Assembly (NCBI GenBank): GCA_026770705.1
Contig: JANJGN010000026.1
Location: 38,316,001 to 38,380,000, forward strand
Length of the DNA: 64,000 nucleotides
From: Isurus oxyrinchus
Lineage: Eukaryota
Direction: 5' to 3'
Shown here piece after piece: positions 25,700 to 38,108 of this stretch. The notes below the pieces were generated by a model. The model saw only the letters and a program-made list of their open reading frames with translations, made no database searches and had not been told where the DNA came from. How positions within the stretch are numbered: position 1 is the stretch's first letter; the number at the start of each line of letters is the position of its first letter. Made by a program: the position numbers and the translations under genes.

Positions 25700-25960
25700 G
25701 AATGGAGTGAATAGAGTTTCACTAGGAAGGAAATACGTATTGAGAAGTAAGATAGTGATGATGAGCGGACTGAGGGTGTTCCGCAGGATGGTCCTCCTCT
25801 GCATTGCTGCAGTCCGGGAAATCCTCTGTCAGAGCAGAAATACCGAGCCCGGCCCCACTGAACTGCCGACCCAGACAATGCCAACTAGAACACAGGCAGC
25901 ATTCGGTCCAATAATAAGGCGGGTCAGAGAGGCGACAGCAAACGGAAGCTGTGGGCGGGG
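25700..25960 (-). pseudogene. Orphan V promoter and leader with V exon deleted
   Basis: ..LSPLIITILLL leader with donor changed to AT. Homologous to 27050-27300, 42990-43240 and 58540-58760. Fused directly to the 3'-flank element at 25520-25695. Confidence 0.65.
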
Positions 25961-26593
25961 CTACATCAGGAAGTCTTGTCACAAATGGAATCCATTTGTA
26001 AGCAGCTGAAGTCAATAGTATTGTCCCCTTCGAAAATGACATAACTCTGCCTCTCTATAGCAGCTGCGGCACTTTCATATTCATTCCATATTGGGGGAGA
26101 GCAGGGTGAGCACCGGCAAGTCAGAATTAGTAAATTATTCAATAATAAAGGGAATTATCATTAGCGACTTGGGATAAAACGAGGGTTGTATCTATGGGCA
26201 GCTAGATTAGTCTGTGTTAATGTTCAACAAGTATCAATGGTCTGAAACGGTTAAACTAAAGACAGGAAGAAGGGAATGTCTGAAATTATTCGTAACGGGT
26301 GGAGACAGAGGCTGAGAGAGAACAAGTCAGCAGGGAAACGCATCCAAGGAAAAGAAAGATGAGTTAAAGCACCATATATCGATTTGTAGTGTTCATTTTT
26401 CTTAGGTGTGAGAGTTGAAAACGCACATTGATATTACTGCTGAAGTGATCATTGTCAGTTCTTGTAAGGGGTTGTGTTTTGGTGCAATTTTAGGTCGGTC
26501 TCTGTGCCTCCCACTGTGGAGGCATGATTATTGTTTCTATTTATGGGTGTGAGCGCGCCCTCTGCTGAGCACTAACTGGAACTCTCAGTGTGG

Positions 26594-27118
26594 GGTTTTT
26601 GAACGGGGTCCACGTCTCTGCAACAGTATGGGCTCTCTGGCGCAGAAATATACCGCGCTGTCAGAGATCAGGGCATTGCAGATCATTAGCTCGGTAATCT
26701 TGGCTGTTTTATTTAACATAGCTGAAAAGTGATCGGTGATGTCGGTGTGTCTGTATTGTTTCCCTCCCCGAATGTGAAGCATGTACTGTGGAGGCTGTCC
26801 GCGGCGCTGACTGTACCAGTACACATAAGCATCGCTTGTTTTCAAGGTGCAAGTTAGTGTGACATTACTTTAATCTTCCGCCGTTATTTCAGCAACCGGT
26901 TGTTCCACTGTCTCTGGGTGGCTCCATTCTAACATAAAACAATAGCAATAACAACAATCAGCATCAGCCTCATTTAAGTAAACATAATCGTCATCAACAT
27001 CACCATTTTCTTACTAAAAACAACATCTGGGTTACAGCATCAGGAAGAGAATGGAGTTTTACTGGGAAGGAAGTACTTACTGAGAAGTGATGAGGAGCGG
27101 AGCGAGACGGTTCCCCAT
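26594..27118 (-). pseudogene. TCR V pseudogene (family of the 58888 and 42883 Vs)
   Basis: V exon from 26928: VEQPVAEITAED*SNVTLTC..WYSQRRGQPPQY..SDSAVYFCARE, with stop at 26870-26872. Leader frameshifted. RSS CATACTG-21-TCAAAAACC. Confidence 0.92.
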
Positions 27119-27571
27119 GGAACTTCCTGAGTCTGCAACTGTGCAATGCAGGAAATTCTCTGCCAGAGCAGAAATACAGATCCCTGTCCCACTGCACTGC
27201 TGACCCAACCAATGGCAGGGATGGACCAGCGGCAGCAATCACTCCAATGCACAATCGGATCAGAGCAACAGCAGAAAACGGAAACTGTGGGCGCAGACTG
27301 AATATTGAATGAAGTGTGCAGTACTCTCAGCTGCACCTGGTACTGCTGGAGCGGAAATAGCGACGGTTGAATCTGCAGAATTCTCTAACCATCCTGCACC
27401 TGCTCACTGTTCAACTGACTGAAACCAAATAAGGTGTTTAGAATCTTAGAAGAAGGACTGAGTCACGTCTAGACTTCATGGAAAGAGTTATACAATTCAT
27501 CTTTCGTCTCCGCATTTTCCACATAGCCGGATATTCTGCAGTGGTTCCAGCTCTGAACAAATGGCAGTGAA

Positions 27572-27890
27572 ATAAGAACATAAAACATAACATAAGAATA
27601 TAAGAACGAGCAGCAGGTGTAGGCGATTCAGTCCCTCGAACCTGCCCAGCTATTCAATACGATCATGGCTGATTTCATTTCGGCCTCAACTGCAATATCC
27701 CATCCTCTCCCCATAACCTCTCAACCCATTACTAATTGAAAATCTGTCTATCTCCTCCTTCAACTTATTCAACGTCCTGGCATACATTGCACTCTGAGGT
27801 AGTGAATTCCACAGATTCACGGCCCTTTGAGAAAAGTAATTGCTCCTCATTTATGATTTAAATCTGCCACCCCTTAGCATAAAACTAAGG
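27572..27890 (-). mobile_element. CR1-type LINE 3' end
   Basis: (CATAAGAA)-like tail followed by the reverse complement of the 3'UTR. Confidence 0.75.
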
Positions 27891-28624
27891 CAATGGTATC
27901 GGCAGAAACCGGCACAACCTGTAAGTTGGGTAATCAGCAAACTAATAGGACTGAAAATAATTGAAATCTCAGGACGATAACTGGCGGCTGCTGACGCATC
28001 TAAGAAGTCCGGTTATCTCAAAATAAGTGGCCTGAGTGCGGAGAGCGCTTGAGGCCCAGTGTCAGTTAAAAGCCGAAAACCCGTACAGAAAACTCAGCGA
28101 GTATTCACTACTCAGCTAAGTGTTTTTAATGTCTATCTGCGACTTTAGTTTGCTCCCGAGCTCACAGAGAACAGGAGCTGACAAGTTTATTTTGAAACAT
28201 TTGTATTGTTGTATTCGGCCTTGTCCAAATCAGCAGAGAGCAGGCCTGGGAAATTTTGAGACTCGACTCCATGGCCCAAGTTATAGCTCTTCAGTAAATG
28301 TCTCGGAGCTTACCCGAACATTTGATGTACCAACAGATGTAGAGAAAGCTCACAGGCATGGAATAACTATAGCAGACCATTATGGTCTGTTCTCCCACAC
28401 AGTTAACTCAACGGGATCTTGGGACACTTGGTTGACACCACTTGTTACTGTAACAAAACAAAGAAGGTGTCAAAGTCTGGAATTGAATTTAACACATGAA
28501 ATAGACAATGACGCTTTAAATATAGAATTAACAAACAGCATGACCGTTATCAGAAAGGGCCGTAGAGAGTACGTAGTGTCTGGTGTAGACTTCGACAGAC
28601 AGTAACTGAATTTTAAACGGCTTT

Positions 28625-29760
28625 TCAGGTGAGGAAGTGAGGTGATCGTGACTACCGTTGATATCAAGGCCACATTTGATGGATTGTGACTTCAAGGAGC
28701 CCTAGCAAAACTGGAGTCAATGGGAATCAGGAGAAAATTCTCCGCTGGTTGGAGTCATACTTAACACAAAGGAGGATGGTTGTGGTTGTTGCAGGTCAGT
28801 CATCTCAGCTACAGGAGTTCCTCAGGGTAGTGTCCTAGGTCCAACCATCTTTAGCTGCTTCATCAATGAACTTCCTTCCATCATAAGGTCAGAAGTGGAG
28901 ATGTACGCTGATGATTGCAAAATGTTCAGCAATTCGTGACTCCTCAGATACTGAAGCAGTCCATGTCCAAATGCAACAAGGCCTGGATAATATCCAGGCT
29001 TGGGCTGAAAAGTGGCAAGTAACATTCACACCACACAAGTGACAAGCAATGACCATCTCCAACAAGGGAGAATCGCCTTTGATGTGCAACGGTATTACCA
29101 CCGCTGAATCCCGCACTAGGCACACCCTGGGGGCTACTATTGACCAGGAACTGAACTGGACTAGCCGTATAAATACTGGCTACAAAAGCAGTTCAGAGGC
29201 TAGTAATCCTGTGGCAAATAACTCACCTCCTGACACACCAATACCTGTCCACTATCTGCAAGGCACGAGTGAGGAGTGTGATGGAATAGTCCCCACTTGC
29301 ATGGATGAGTGGAGCTCCAACAACACCCAGGAAACTTGACACCATCCAGGACAAAGCAGCCCACTTGATTGGCACCACATCCACAAACATTGAATCCCTC
29401 CACTACGTGGCACAGTAGCAGCAGTGTGTACTATCTACGAAATGCACTGCAGGAACTCATCAAGGCGCCTTAGACAGCACCTTCCAAACCCACGACGACT
29501 ACCACCTAGAAGGACAAGGACAACAGATAGATGGGAACACCACCGCCTGGAATTTCCCCTCCAAGTCACACACCAACTTGACTTTGAAATATATCGCCTT
29601 TCCTTCACTATCGCTGTGTCAAAATCCTGGAACTCCTTTCCTAGCAGCAGCACGAGTGCACCTTCACCACAGGGACTGCAACAGTTCGAGAAGGCAGTAC
29701 ACCGCCACATTCTCAACGGTTATTAGGGACAGGCAATAAATTCTGGCCCAGCAGGCATCC
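28625..29760 (+). mobile_element. L2/CR1-group LINE, RT C-terminal half and 3'UTR
   Basis: [26 protein letters not shown] motifs. 3' end AGGGACAGGCAATAAATTCTGGCC is shared with the SINE tails. Confidence 0.88.
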
Positions 29761-30609
29761 TGTAAAATTACAATTCAGCATCGTACAAGATAATACAATA
29801 TAGCAAAGTCCAGCAGAAGATAACGGATCTGATGAGTGAAATATTGCTGTCAGAAATAGAGATCACCCTCATGCGTTGGAAAGAGTAAGATATCCAGGAA
29901 TGTAATCACTAAAGTGAAGCTCAGATTCATGCGTCGGCTGTTATCGACTTGTATTTACAGGGACAGTCTTACATCTGTTTTCAGGCAATTGGTGAATCAG
30001 AAGATTCAAATCAAGAGAGGGACCTGGCGAAGGCATCGCTGTTGTGTAATCAAACTGAACCCAACATCAATTACACTTTGTCTGGAGGACTCGGGTCTCT
30101 ACGACTTGTTATCACAAAGTGAAGCTTTGAGGGAGCTTCAGCATTTATGGAGTGTGGGGGAGAGGGGTGCTCATGCGTCAGAGTAACCGCCAGTGTGACG
30201 TAATTCTGCGGCCTGCATTACGTAGGTCTGTCTGTGTAACATCACCTTGTAAACTTTGTGACGTCATCCGACAGACTGCGTGACGTCAGGCTGTCTGGTT
30301 TGTGGAACAGAAACATTTTTCCTTGGAGGTGATCTGAATATCGAATCCTGAGTTTAAGGGAAATAAAACAGGAAACAGGAACAGGAAAGACGGTTTAACC
30401 TGTAGTTTCATTTGGTGGTCGATCTGTCGGTAGGGCTGGGATCTGCAGTTTGTTTTCTCGGCCGCTGTTGGAAACAGTTGGATGACAGTTTGATCCGAAA
30501 TGAATGTGGTTTCCTCTCGGTTTGTGTTTGAGCAGCTGACAGCGCCGCTGAACTTTGTGGCTGCACCTGCTCGAGATTCGATGCAAGCCCCATCAGACAG
30601 GATTTGCCA

Positions 30610-31165
30610 GACACAGCCCAAAGTACCCGGATGAGACTGATTTTCATCGTAAACTCCGGCTGCGAGTCCTCCTTCGGACCAACTCGTCAAAGTTAACTTT
30701 CTCCGCTCAGGGAGAGAGATGTGACTGCCTGAAAGGTGCTGTTGCTATTTTCTTGCCTCAGCAATTGCCTCAAAACAGGTGTAAGACTGTCCCTGTAAAT
30801 ACAGCCAGATCGGGGCCAGCCAGTAACAGAATAAAACACAGTTCACCCCATGTAGTGTCATAAATGATACTTAAAGCAGCCACTTCTCTTTCGTCGAAGC
30901 AAGTGAGGACAGTAGCTGAATGAAAACATCTCCATGACTCAGATCTGAAATGCATGTGCCAACAGGAAATTACTGACTGGAGGGTGTACAAAATTCGGAT
31001 TGAAATCTTGATTCGGAAATGAGACGAAATGTGTTTGTTCCACAATTACTTGCCATAATTATCTCTCCTCCCCCCCGCCGCACCCTCCCCCCACCCCCTC
31101 CGCCCTCAACCTCCCCCTCACCCCCTCCCAACAACCATTTCAACCTAGATGCTGGGTGGCTGCAT
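30610..31165 (-). pseudogene. Degenerate V remnant (duplicate of 23135-23600); leader disrupted by a G-rich tract
   Basis: ATG at 31165-31163, TTTCAG|ATCTGAGTCATGGAGAT exon start, multiple frameshifts, family 3' flank at 30590-30420. Confidence 0.6.
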
Positions 31166-31940
31166 TGTCGCTGCCCACTCTGTAAAATGTAAATTGTGAT
31201 TAGAAGGAACTTGTTGTAATCTTCACCATCAAGTATCTTCTGATGTTTCTCAATATCATCTCACCTCACTTCCTTGTGTATCCAGTGATGCTTTAAGGTT
31301 TGTAGTTGGGAACACGCTGGCAGCGAATGGAAACAACCCGAGCTGAGCTATAGTCAATGTCCTTTCAAGAGGAATGGTTACATGGTTAGGGACAGGGATG
31401 GGACTGGACCCGCTGGTCTAGTTATTACAATTCAGAAGCACTGGTTTGTTAATGGCGTCAGGAAAGGTTTGACACTCGAAAGGAGAATGAACATTGCGGG
31501 AACTCTGTCCTCGGGGCTTGTTTTAAAGAGTGATAACACAAACTGATAAAGTGTCTTCGTTTTCTATAAACTGTTTTTGAACCAGCAAAATACTCTGGTC
31601 AAATAAACACCACGTACAGGCTTTGACAAAAGGGGCCTTGAAGGAGAGAGTGGAGAAGGGGAAAGGGCTGCATAAGAGTTCAGGCAGGCAATGAAAGATC
31701 ATCAAAAGACTAAATGTGAGTTAGTGCAATACAAATTTATTTGTGGAATTAAATTTTACTACAGTTGCAAGTTAAAATCAGCTAATATAATTCCTCAGTT
31801 GCTGCTCACCCGTTCTTCAGCGTTGTGTTTTTGTTTTGATATTTTATGGAAGACTCTGTGACCCTCACAGGCTGAGTTATTGCTTCAGTTTAGCGGTATG
31901 AGAGCGCCCTCCGCTGAGCATTAATGGGAAATCCCAGTGG

Positions 31941-32414
31941 AGTTTTTGTACGGCATCCCCTATATCTTTGCAGCAGTGAGGGTTCCAAGGCACAGAAATA
32001 CACGGCGCCGTCGGATAGAAGAGCCCCGGTGATATTTAAATGAACCGTTTTGTTTCCTTTGTGCAAAACAGCAGAGAACCTGTCTGGGAAATCTGGAGAC
32101 TTATGTACATTCCCTGAGCTATATATCTTCATTAAATATGTCGGAGCTTCCCCGGGATACTGGATGTACCAGAACAGGGTTGGGGCAGCAGCTATCGAAT
32201 AATTACAATCCAATTTTATGCTCTGTCCTTCCAGGACCTTTAATTCAGGGGAATCCTGGGACACTGAATCTTGACCATTTATTCCTGCAACAAAACACAG
32301 AATGTATCAAATATCTGGGAGTGAAGATAACACAAGGAACGGACACGACCATTTAAACATTGACTCACCAGGTAGCAAGATCATTATTAGCAGCAAAGAA
32401 CATGGGGAGCACAT
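31941..32414 (-). CDS. TCR alpha/delta-like V segment, open frame (leader 32414-32369, V exon 32284-~31980), atypical RSS
   Basis: MCSPCSLLLIMILLPG|GTGAGT..CAG|INGQDSVSQDSPELKVLEGQSIKLDC..WYIQYPGEAPTYL..PDRFSA..LNITGALLSDGAVYFCALEP. Nonamer ACAAAAACT 31949-31941. Heptamer is either CTCACTG with 24-nt spacer or CACTGCT with 22-nt spacer. Confidence 0.9.
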
Positions 32415-33349
32415 GGTGACAGGATTAGAGCTCAGAAGAAATAAGATAAGATTTGAGATATGTTGACACTTCTGTTTTGATATTAAAGAGGAAATTCAGC
32501 TCAGGGGCAGACTTCACCTACTGAGGAACTGAGGGGCGTTTCCCAGCGACAGGATTGGCTGGTCTCTCAGAACTGATGACAGTTGGGCACCAATCAGTGT
32601 TAGTTTGGGCCGATTATTTCTTCTGAGTTTCTCTTTCTCCCTGTCTTTCTCGGGTTTTCGAGCTCTCCCTTGGTCTCAGGATCTCTCTGGCTCGCTTTGT
32701 CTTTCGGTCTCTGTGGCTGTAACTCCCCTCTGGCTGTTTCTGACCCTCCGTCACACATGCTTTCTCTGCCTCTTTCTCTGTCACCCCATTTCCCTAATTT
32801 CAGAATGCAGAAAATCCAATTTTTCCCAGTCTCCCATTTCAATAAGTTCAGAAAAGTCCTCAATCAACAGGAGCAGCTACAATAGATAAACTACTTAACC
32901 GCAGCTCGGAGGCAGCATTAAAATGGAAACAGTTAAGTTTACATCCCAACTATGGCACGCGTCCTATTCTTTGTCTGTGTTGATATTTAAGACTCGGCAT
33001 CCCATCGGGATCTCGGTTGTTTCATTTCGTTAAAGCAAGCTTCTTTTAACCAGCAATGGCCGAGGTGTTAAAATAAACAAGGGAACCGCTAGGATTTAAA
33101 GTAAAGTTTAAATTAGCTCGCGTGTATAAGTTCACCTGCACTAAGATACATTACAATAATAAGAAGAACTCTAGAAATGCGACATAATCATGCAACAATA
33201 TCATGCTCCAGTAATTGCAGTTCCCTGATCGCCTCTGTGCATTCACTGCAGCGGATATGGGCACGGTAACATGGTGGTTATGAAACTGCTCTATTAATCT
33301 AGGAGGCCAAATGCCTCTCGGAAATTATCCTTTCCCTATCGCCTGCTAT

Positions 33350-34400
33350 CTTATCTTATTTTTCTTTGACTTCCTGGAATTCCTGCCTCTCTTTCGAGCA
33401 TTGTTATTCTCACTATATCCCTTAGATTCCCTCGCTGTCTATGCCGGTTTCTCTCGTTTCGTCTCTCTTCGTTGCTCAATCTGTATTGTCTTCATATTTC
33501 TGCATCTGTTTCCTTCAATGTGTCTTCATCTATTTCCCTCCCTGTCTCTGTTCTCCCTCATTTCTCTCAGTGTCTCTCGGACTGTTTATCTCACTGATTT
33601 CTATCATTCCCTTTCCTCCTGTTTATCTCTCCGTATCTTCACCTGTTTTCCTCTCTTTGTCTCCATTTCTATCACAGTCTCTCCCTCTGATTCACTCGCT
33701 ATATTTTTAATTTTTTCTCTTCATTTCTCAGTTTGCATGTCTTCATGTTGCTGCATCTGTTCCCTTCACTGTATCTTCAACTTTTTTTACGCATTCGTGA
33801 GATGTGAGCGTCGCTGGCTGGGCCAGCATTTGTTGATCATCCTTAATTGCCCTTATTCAGCGGGCATTTAAGAGCTGACCACATTGCTGCAGGTCTCGAG
33901 TCACATATGGGCCAGCCCAGGTAGGGACAGCAGATTTCCTTCCCTAAAGGGCATAGTGAACCAAATGGGTTTTTATGACAATCGGCAATGGTTTCATGGT
34001 CATCATTAGGCGTTTAATTCAAGGTTTTTTTTAATTGAATTCAAATTGCATCATCTGTTATGGCGATCCCCAGAGCGTTACCGAGGGTAAACCTTGGCTC
34101 TCTGAATGACTCGTGCAGCGACAATGCCACTAGGCCATTGCCTCCCCTAAATCTCTCTCCCTTTCTCATTTCTCTTAATGTCTCTCCCTCTGTTATCGCT
34201 CTCTGCTTATTTCCATCTCTCTCCTTCAATTGTATCGTTCTCTTCCCTCCTGTTTTTCTCTCTTTATCTCCATCTGCATTTACCTCTCTGCCCCTCACTC
34301 AGTCTCTCTCCCTCTATCTCCATCTGTGTTTTTGCCATTGTCTCACCCACAGTTTTTGTTCCTGTCTGCCTCTCAATGCGCTTCTCCCTCTGCCTGTCCC
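33350..34400. repeat. CT-rich low-complexity tracts flanking a SINE
   Basis: Visible directly; explains the hydrophobic spurious ORFs here. Confidence 0.8.
33795..34145 (-). mobile_element. tRNA-derived shark SINE
   Basis: Reverse complement of the 19735/63660 family, with the LINE-shared 3' tail. Confidence 0.8.
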
Positions 34401-34737
34401 TCACAGACACGTTTGAAAAACAAATATTTAGCCGCCCAGGCGGCCCTCTAGTCCATCGTAATTATTTGATTCATTGAAGTTATCCAAGTGTTGTTTTTAC
34501 ATTCCATTCCCTGGGGAGTCTTCAGGATTAGATGCCTGTAGCTGTTGTAGAAGAGGAAGTTAGTCGCCACAACAACAGGCCTCAGAAACTCTCCATTTTA
34601 TATCAGGACATTCGTTTCCAAAACCAAATGCGGTGTCTAATCATTTTCTGGGCCCGAATTAAATTCATCAGAAAAGGCAGCCTCAAACCAATTGATGTAC
34701 TCAGTCCCCATCAGACACAATAGAGGTCCATCCTTGT

Positions 34738-34870
34738 ATAAAAGCAAAACACTGTGGATGCTGGAGATCTGAAACAAAAACAGGAAGTGCTGGAAAGACA
34801 CAGCAGTTCTAGCAGCATCTGTGGAGAGAGAAACAGAGTTAACGTTTCGAGTTCAATGAAACTCTTCTTT
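34738..34870 (-). mobile_element. Penelope pseudo-LTR fragment
   Basis: AAAAGCAAAACACTGTGGATGCTGG..CAGCATCTGTGGAGAGAGAAACAGAGTTAACGTTTCGAG. Confidence 0.75.
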
Positions 34871-35849
34871 GGAATCCCGAGTTAGGGAGACAATTGTATC
34901 TTGATTGATGAGGAAAAGTGAAAAACCTGGCTCCAGAGGGCATGTCAATGGAAAAAATTCCATCGGCGTCAGTTTGCTCCCTTTCCCTCGCCAACGATAT
35001 GAAAGATATTTACCATAAAAATATCTTTAATTGTAAATCTCAATGACCCCAGATTAAACCAATTCTCCAGTAATATTCCTGATCCAACGTGTTCAAGAAC
35101 CAGGAAAACGCAATGAATGGAATTACAGCTTCACGGTTTTGATTTTAGGTGAGGACTTTGCGGAGAATAGTGTTGCCAACAGAACATGTTTCTTCTCATT
35201 TGTATCAGCAGCTTTCGATGGAGAGACTGTGATCCACCAGTCACAGCGATCCTTACACAAGAAGGACAATCGAATGAAATGCAGTAAAATGTAATCACCA
35301 GAGGCTCTTGAGAGTATTCACTGGCATAGGATACGTCAGAAAAGTGCTCGAAATTTATCATATCGACTGTTATCAGAAACATTACAGGCAAACTCTTCAA
35401 CCTATTCATTTACCCAACAAGAAGTTATAACATTCCCGGTAAGGGCAGCACTGTTGCACGTGGCATTCAAGAGGGCATTAGATGATTATTTGAATGGAAA
35501 TAATGTGTCGGGGGATGGGGAAAAGGCAGGGCAATGGCACCCTTCTGCTCTGCTGACCTAATGAATGGCAATGAGTAAATAATGGCAGCAATCTCTCCAG
35601 TATCACAGATATCACAGTGGGACTGGCACTCTGTATTACTGCTGTGACAGAGAAACTCACTGCAGAGTTACCGACAAAGGCAGCGAAAAGCGGAACTATC
35701 TCTTATTATTCCTGATAACTCTAACACTTCGCAGCAGGTGTGTCCTTCCGAATAAAACCCCCATTCTCCTGCTGATGGCACTAATCAAGTTATTGTCCTT
35801 TGTGAAATGATGGTGGTGTCGTTAGTGGAGGGTCAAACACATTTTTCTT

Positions 35850-35990
35850 TCCCTCTCATTTCCTACATGGTTCAAATGTGAATGTTAAATACCCGCCAGT
35901 TTGATCTTTCCTGTTGTTCTGAGTCATGGAGATTTTGTCACTCAACAGCTGTCCTCAGGAGGATCAGAGGTATAGCAGCAAACTGAAAGT
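35850..35990 (+). pseudogene. Truncated V fragment (intron end plus first codons; 50728 family)
   Basis: CTGAGTCATGGAGATTTTGTCACTCAACAGCTGTCCTCA, homologous to 23297 and 30950. Confidence 0.45.
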
Positions 35991-37736
35991 TCTGGGAGGG
36001 CCTTTAATAGGTGGTGTTATCCTATGTAGTGTCCGCCTGCGAGAAATTGTGCTGTCTGCACTTGCTGTCTCAGTGATCCCCCCTTCTTTCTGTGAAATAA
36101 ACTATCCCAAGGAGACAGTTTCCAGCCCTCCTGCCCCGCTGCTGAAGGACAAGTCATTTTTTCAATCAATGTCCTATCCGAGTGCCTGACTGCAACAACA
36201 CTTAGATCAGTATCAGAATGTTCATGTATTGAAAACATATCCCGCAAGTTTACTGTAAACTGAATTGTTGAGTCGAATTGGAGGTGGGGGCAGGAGTTCA
36301 AATGTGAATTTGTGAAATAAATTCCCAGCTGGAATGGAAGACGTCGAGACTTCTACAGAGTTCAAGGAAATATTTGGGGCATCGTGGGGGAAGGTTCAGA
36401 ACATCTGCGAATGATTGATGTTAAATTGGCCGCATGGTCTCCAACATACCGAATGATCGAATGAACTGGTGCACGGCAGGAACTGCATAGTGTCTGAAGT
36501 AAAACTATAAAACTCTGGAGAAGTTCAGCAGGTTTGCAGCTTTGGAGAGTCGGAAACAGATTTTAGTCGATGATATTCATCATAACTGGAAAAAACTGTA
36601 GATGTAACAGGTTGTAAATAATTACGGAGGCAGGCATAGGCGGCATTACATAAAGAAGAAAATGGTAGATCAGTGAAACGGTGGCTGGCAGGATAGGTTA
36701 AAAGTTACAGGCGAGGTGGCCCAAGGGAAAAATGTAATGGGGCAAGTAAAGAAACGAAATGTAGCTCTGGCGGAGGTGTACTTAAGGAAAGCAGATTCAT
36801 CCCTTCGAGTTTCCATCCAAAATGCAAAGAGAAAACATAGAAAGAAGAACAAAGTGCTGTAGAAAAATTGTTAAATGCAATCTTGAATCCGGAAGGTTAA
36901 CAAGTGCTGGAAAGCTGCACCTTGTAGTTCCAATCACCGCCACCAGTGGGCAGTGGGAGACTGTTGTGATCAGTGTTGGGGAGAATTCCATTTTGAGAAC
37001 AATATTCGGTAACTTTATTGAAGAAAATGTCATTGAAGGAACACATGTGGAAACAAAAATTATTTTAATATTCATAGCATGTTTTATATTGTTTAACGTA
37101 ATTCATTATAATGAGCTGTCAATGTTGCTATTACTGTTGGTTGTTAATATTTGAAAAAAAAAAGTTCGCGCTGCATCCAAGTGGGGAAGCACACGGGTTC
37201 ACAATATGAAAGGAGACTGTTGGGCAAATCTTTCTGTTGTCACACTGAGAATGATCGCAATCTGGAATAAAGCTTCAGTCAGAATGCGGAAGGACAATGC
37301 ACTCGAATCGTTGGATGCTGCAGTTGAAGGCGAGATGTAGGGTCTCCCCCGAAAAGAAACCTATTGTAAGAGGGAGAGAATAGCTGTTCTAATTTGTCTA
37401 TCTAACTATATTGTGCACTGTAGCTTGGCGGGAACTCACGTACTTACCGGTACATGCCATCAGAGAGCAGTGTGAACCAATGAGAAAATTGAATGTGGGC
37501 GGACCGGAGCGAGATCACAAACAGTGTGAGCTGGTGTCAGTGTGACACGCTGAGTGTGGGCGGGTAAATCCCAAGACTAAGCTTCTTATGTTAGTTCGAC
37601 AATAAGGCGCCTCTGAGTTGGACCTGAAGCCCGTGTGTAGCTTCTTGTTAATTCTGCTGAATATAATATCCATCTTCTGTTTCTAACCTGACCTCCCTGG
37701 GCAATCGTTTCAGCCGCTTTTTCATGTGATCTGATA

Positions 37737-38108
37737 ATGATCAGAATTTACATAATCTGTTTGCTGTTTTTCACTCTGATCTACAAGGAGGTGGCCGGTA
37801 AGGATGAGGTGTTGCAGCTCCCTGGGCAGGTGGTCTTTAGGGAAGCGGAAATCGTAACCATGAACTGCACTCGCACCACAGCGTTTAACCTCGTGTTTTG
37901 GTACAGACAGCTCCAGAATCAGCCACCCCAGTATCTGGTAATGGCCACAAGAGGAACCGGTCATCAAGGGAGGATCACGGCTTCAATCGGTGAAGGCAGC
38001 AAACTCAGTATCCTGACTCTGAGCGATGCCCAAGCTACAGACACTGCCACCTATCTCTGCGCTGTGGGCCACAGTGTAAAAAACATATGTGGCGCTCGTA
38101 CAGAAACC
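37737..38108 (+). CDS. TCR alpha-like V segment, apparently functional, with leader and V in a single exon (coding 37737-38069) and 23-RSS
   Basis: Continuous ORF MIRIYIICLLFFTLIYKEVAG-KDEVLQLP..VTMNC..WYRQLQNQPPQYL..GRITAS..LTLSDAQATDTATYLCAVG. RSS CACAGTG(38070-38076)-23-ACAGAAACC(38100-38108). Confidence 0.95.

Noticed and set aside
33311-34477. Hydrophobic ORFs as membrane proteins (also 38051-38527 and 44167-44544)
   Set aside because: Translations of CT/GA-rich low-complexity DNA.
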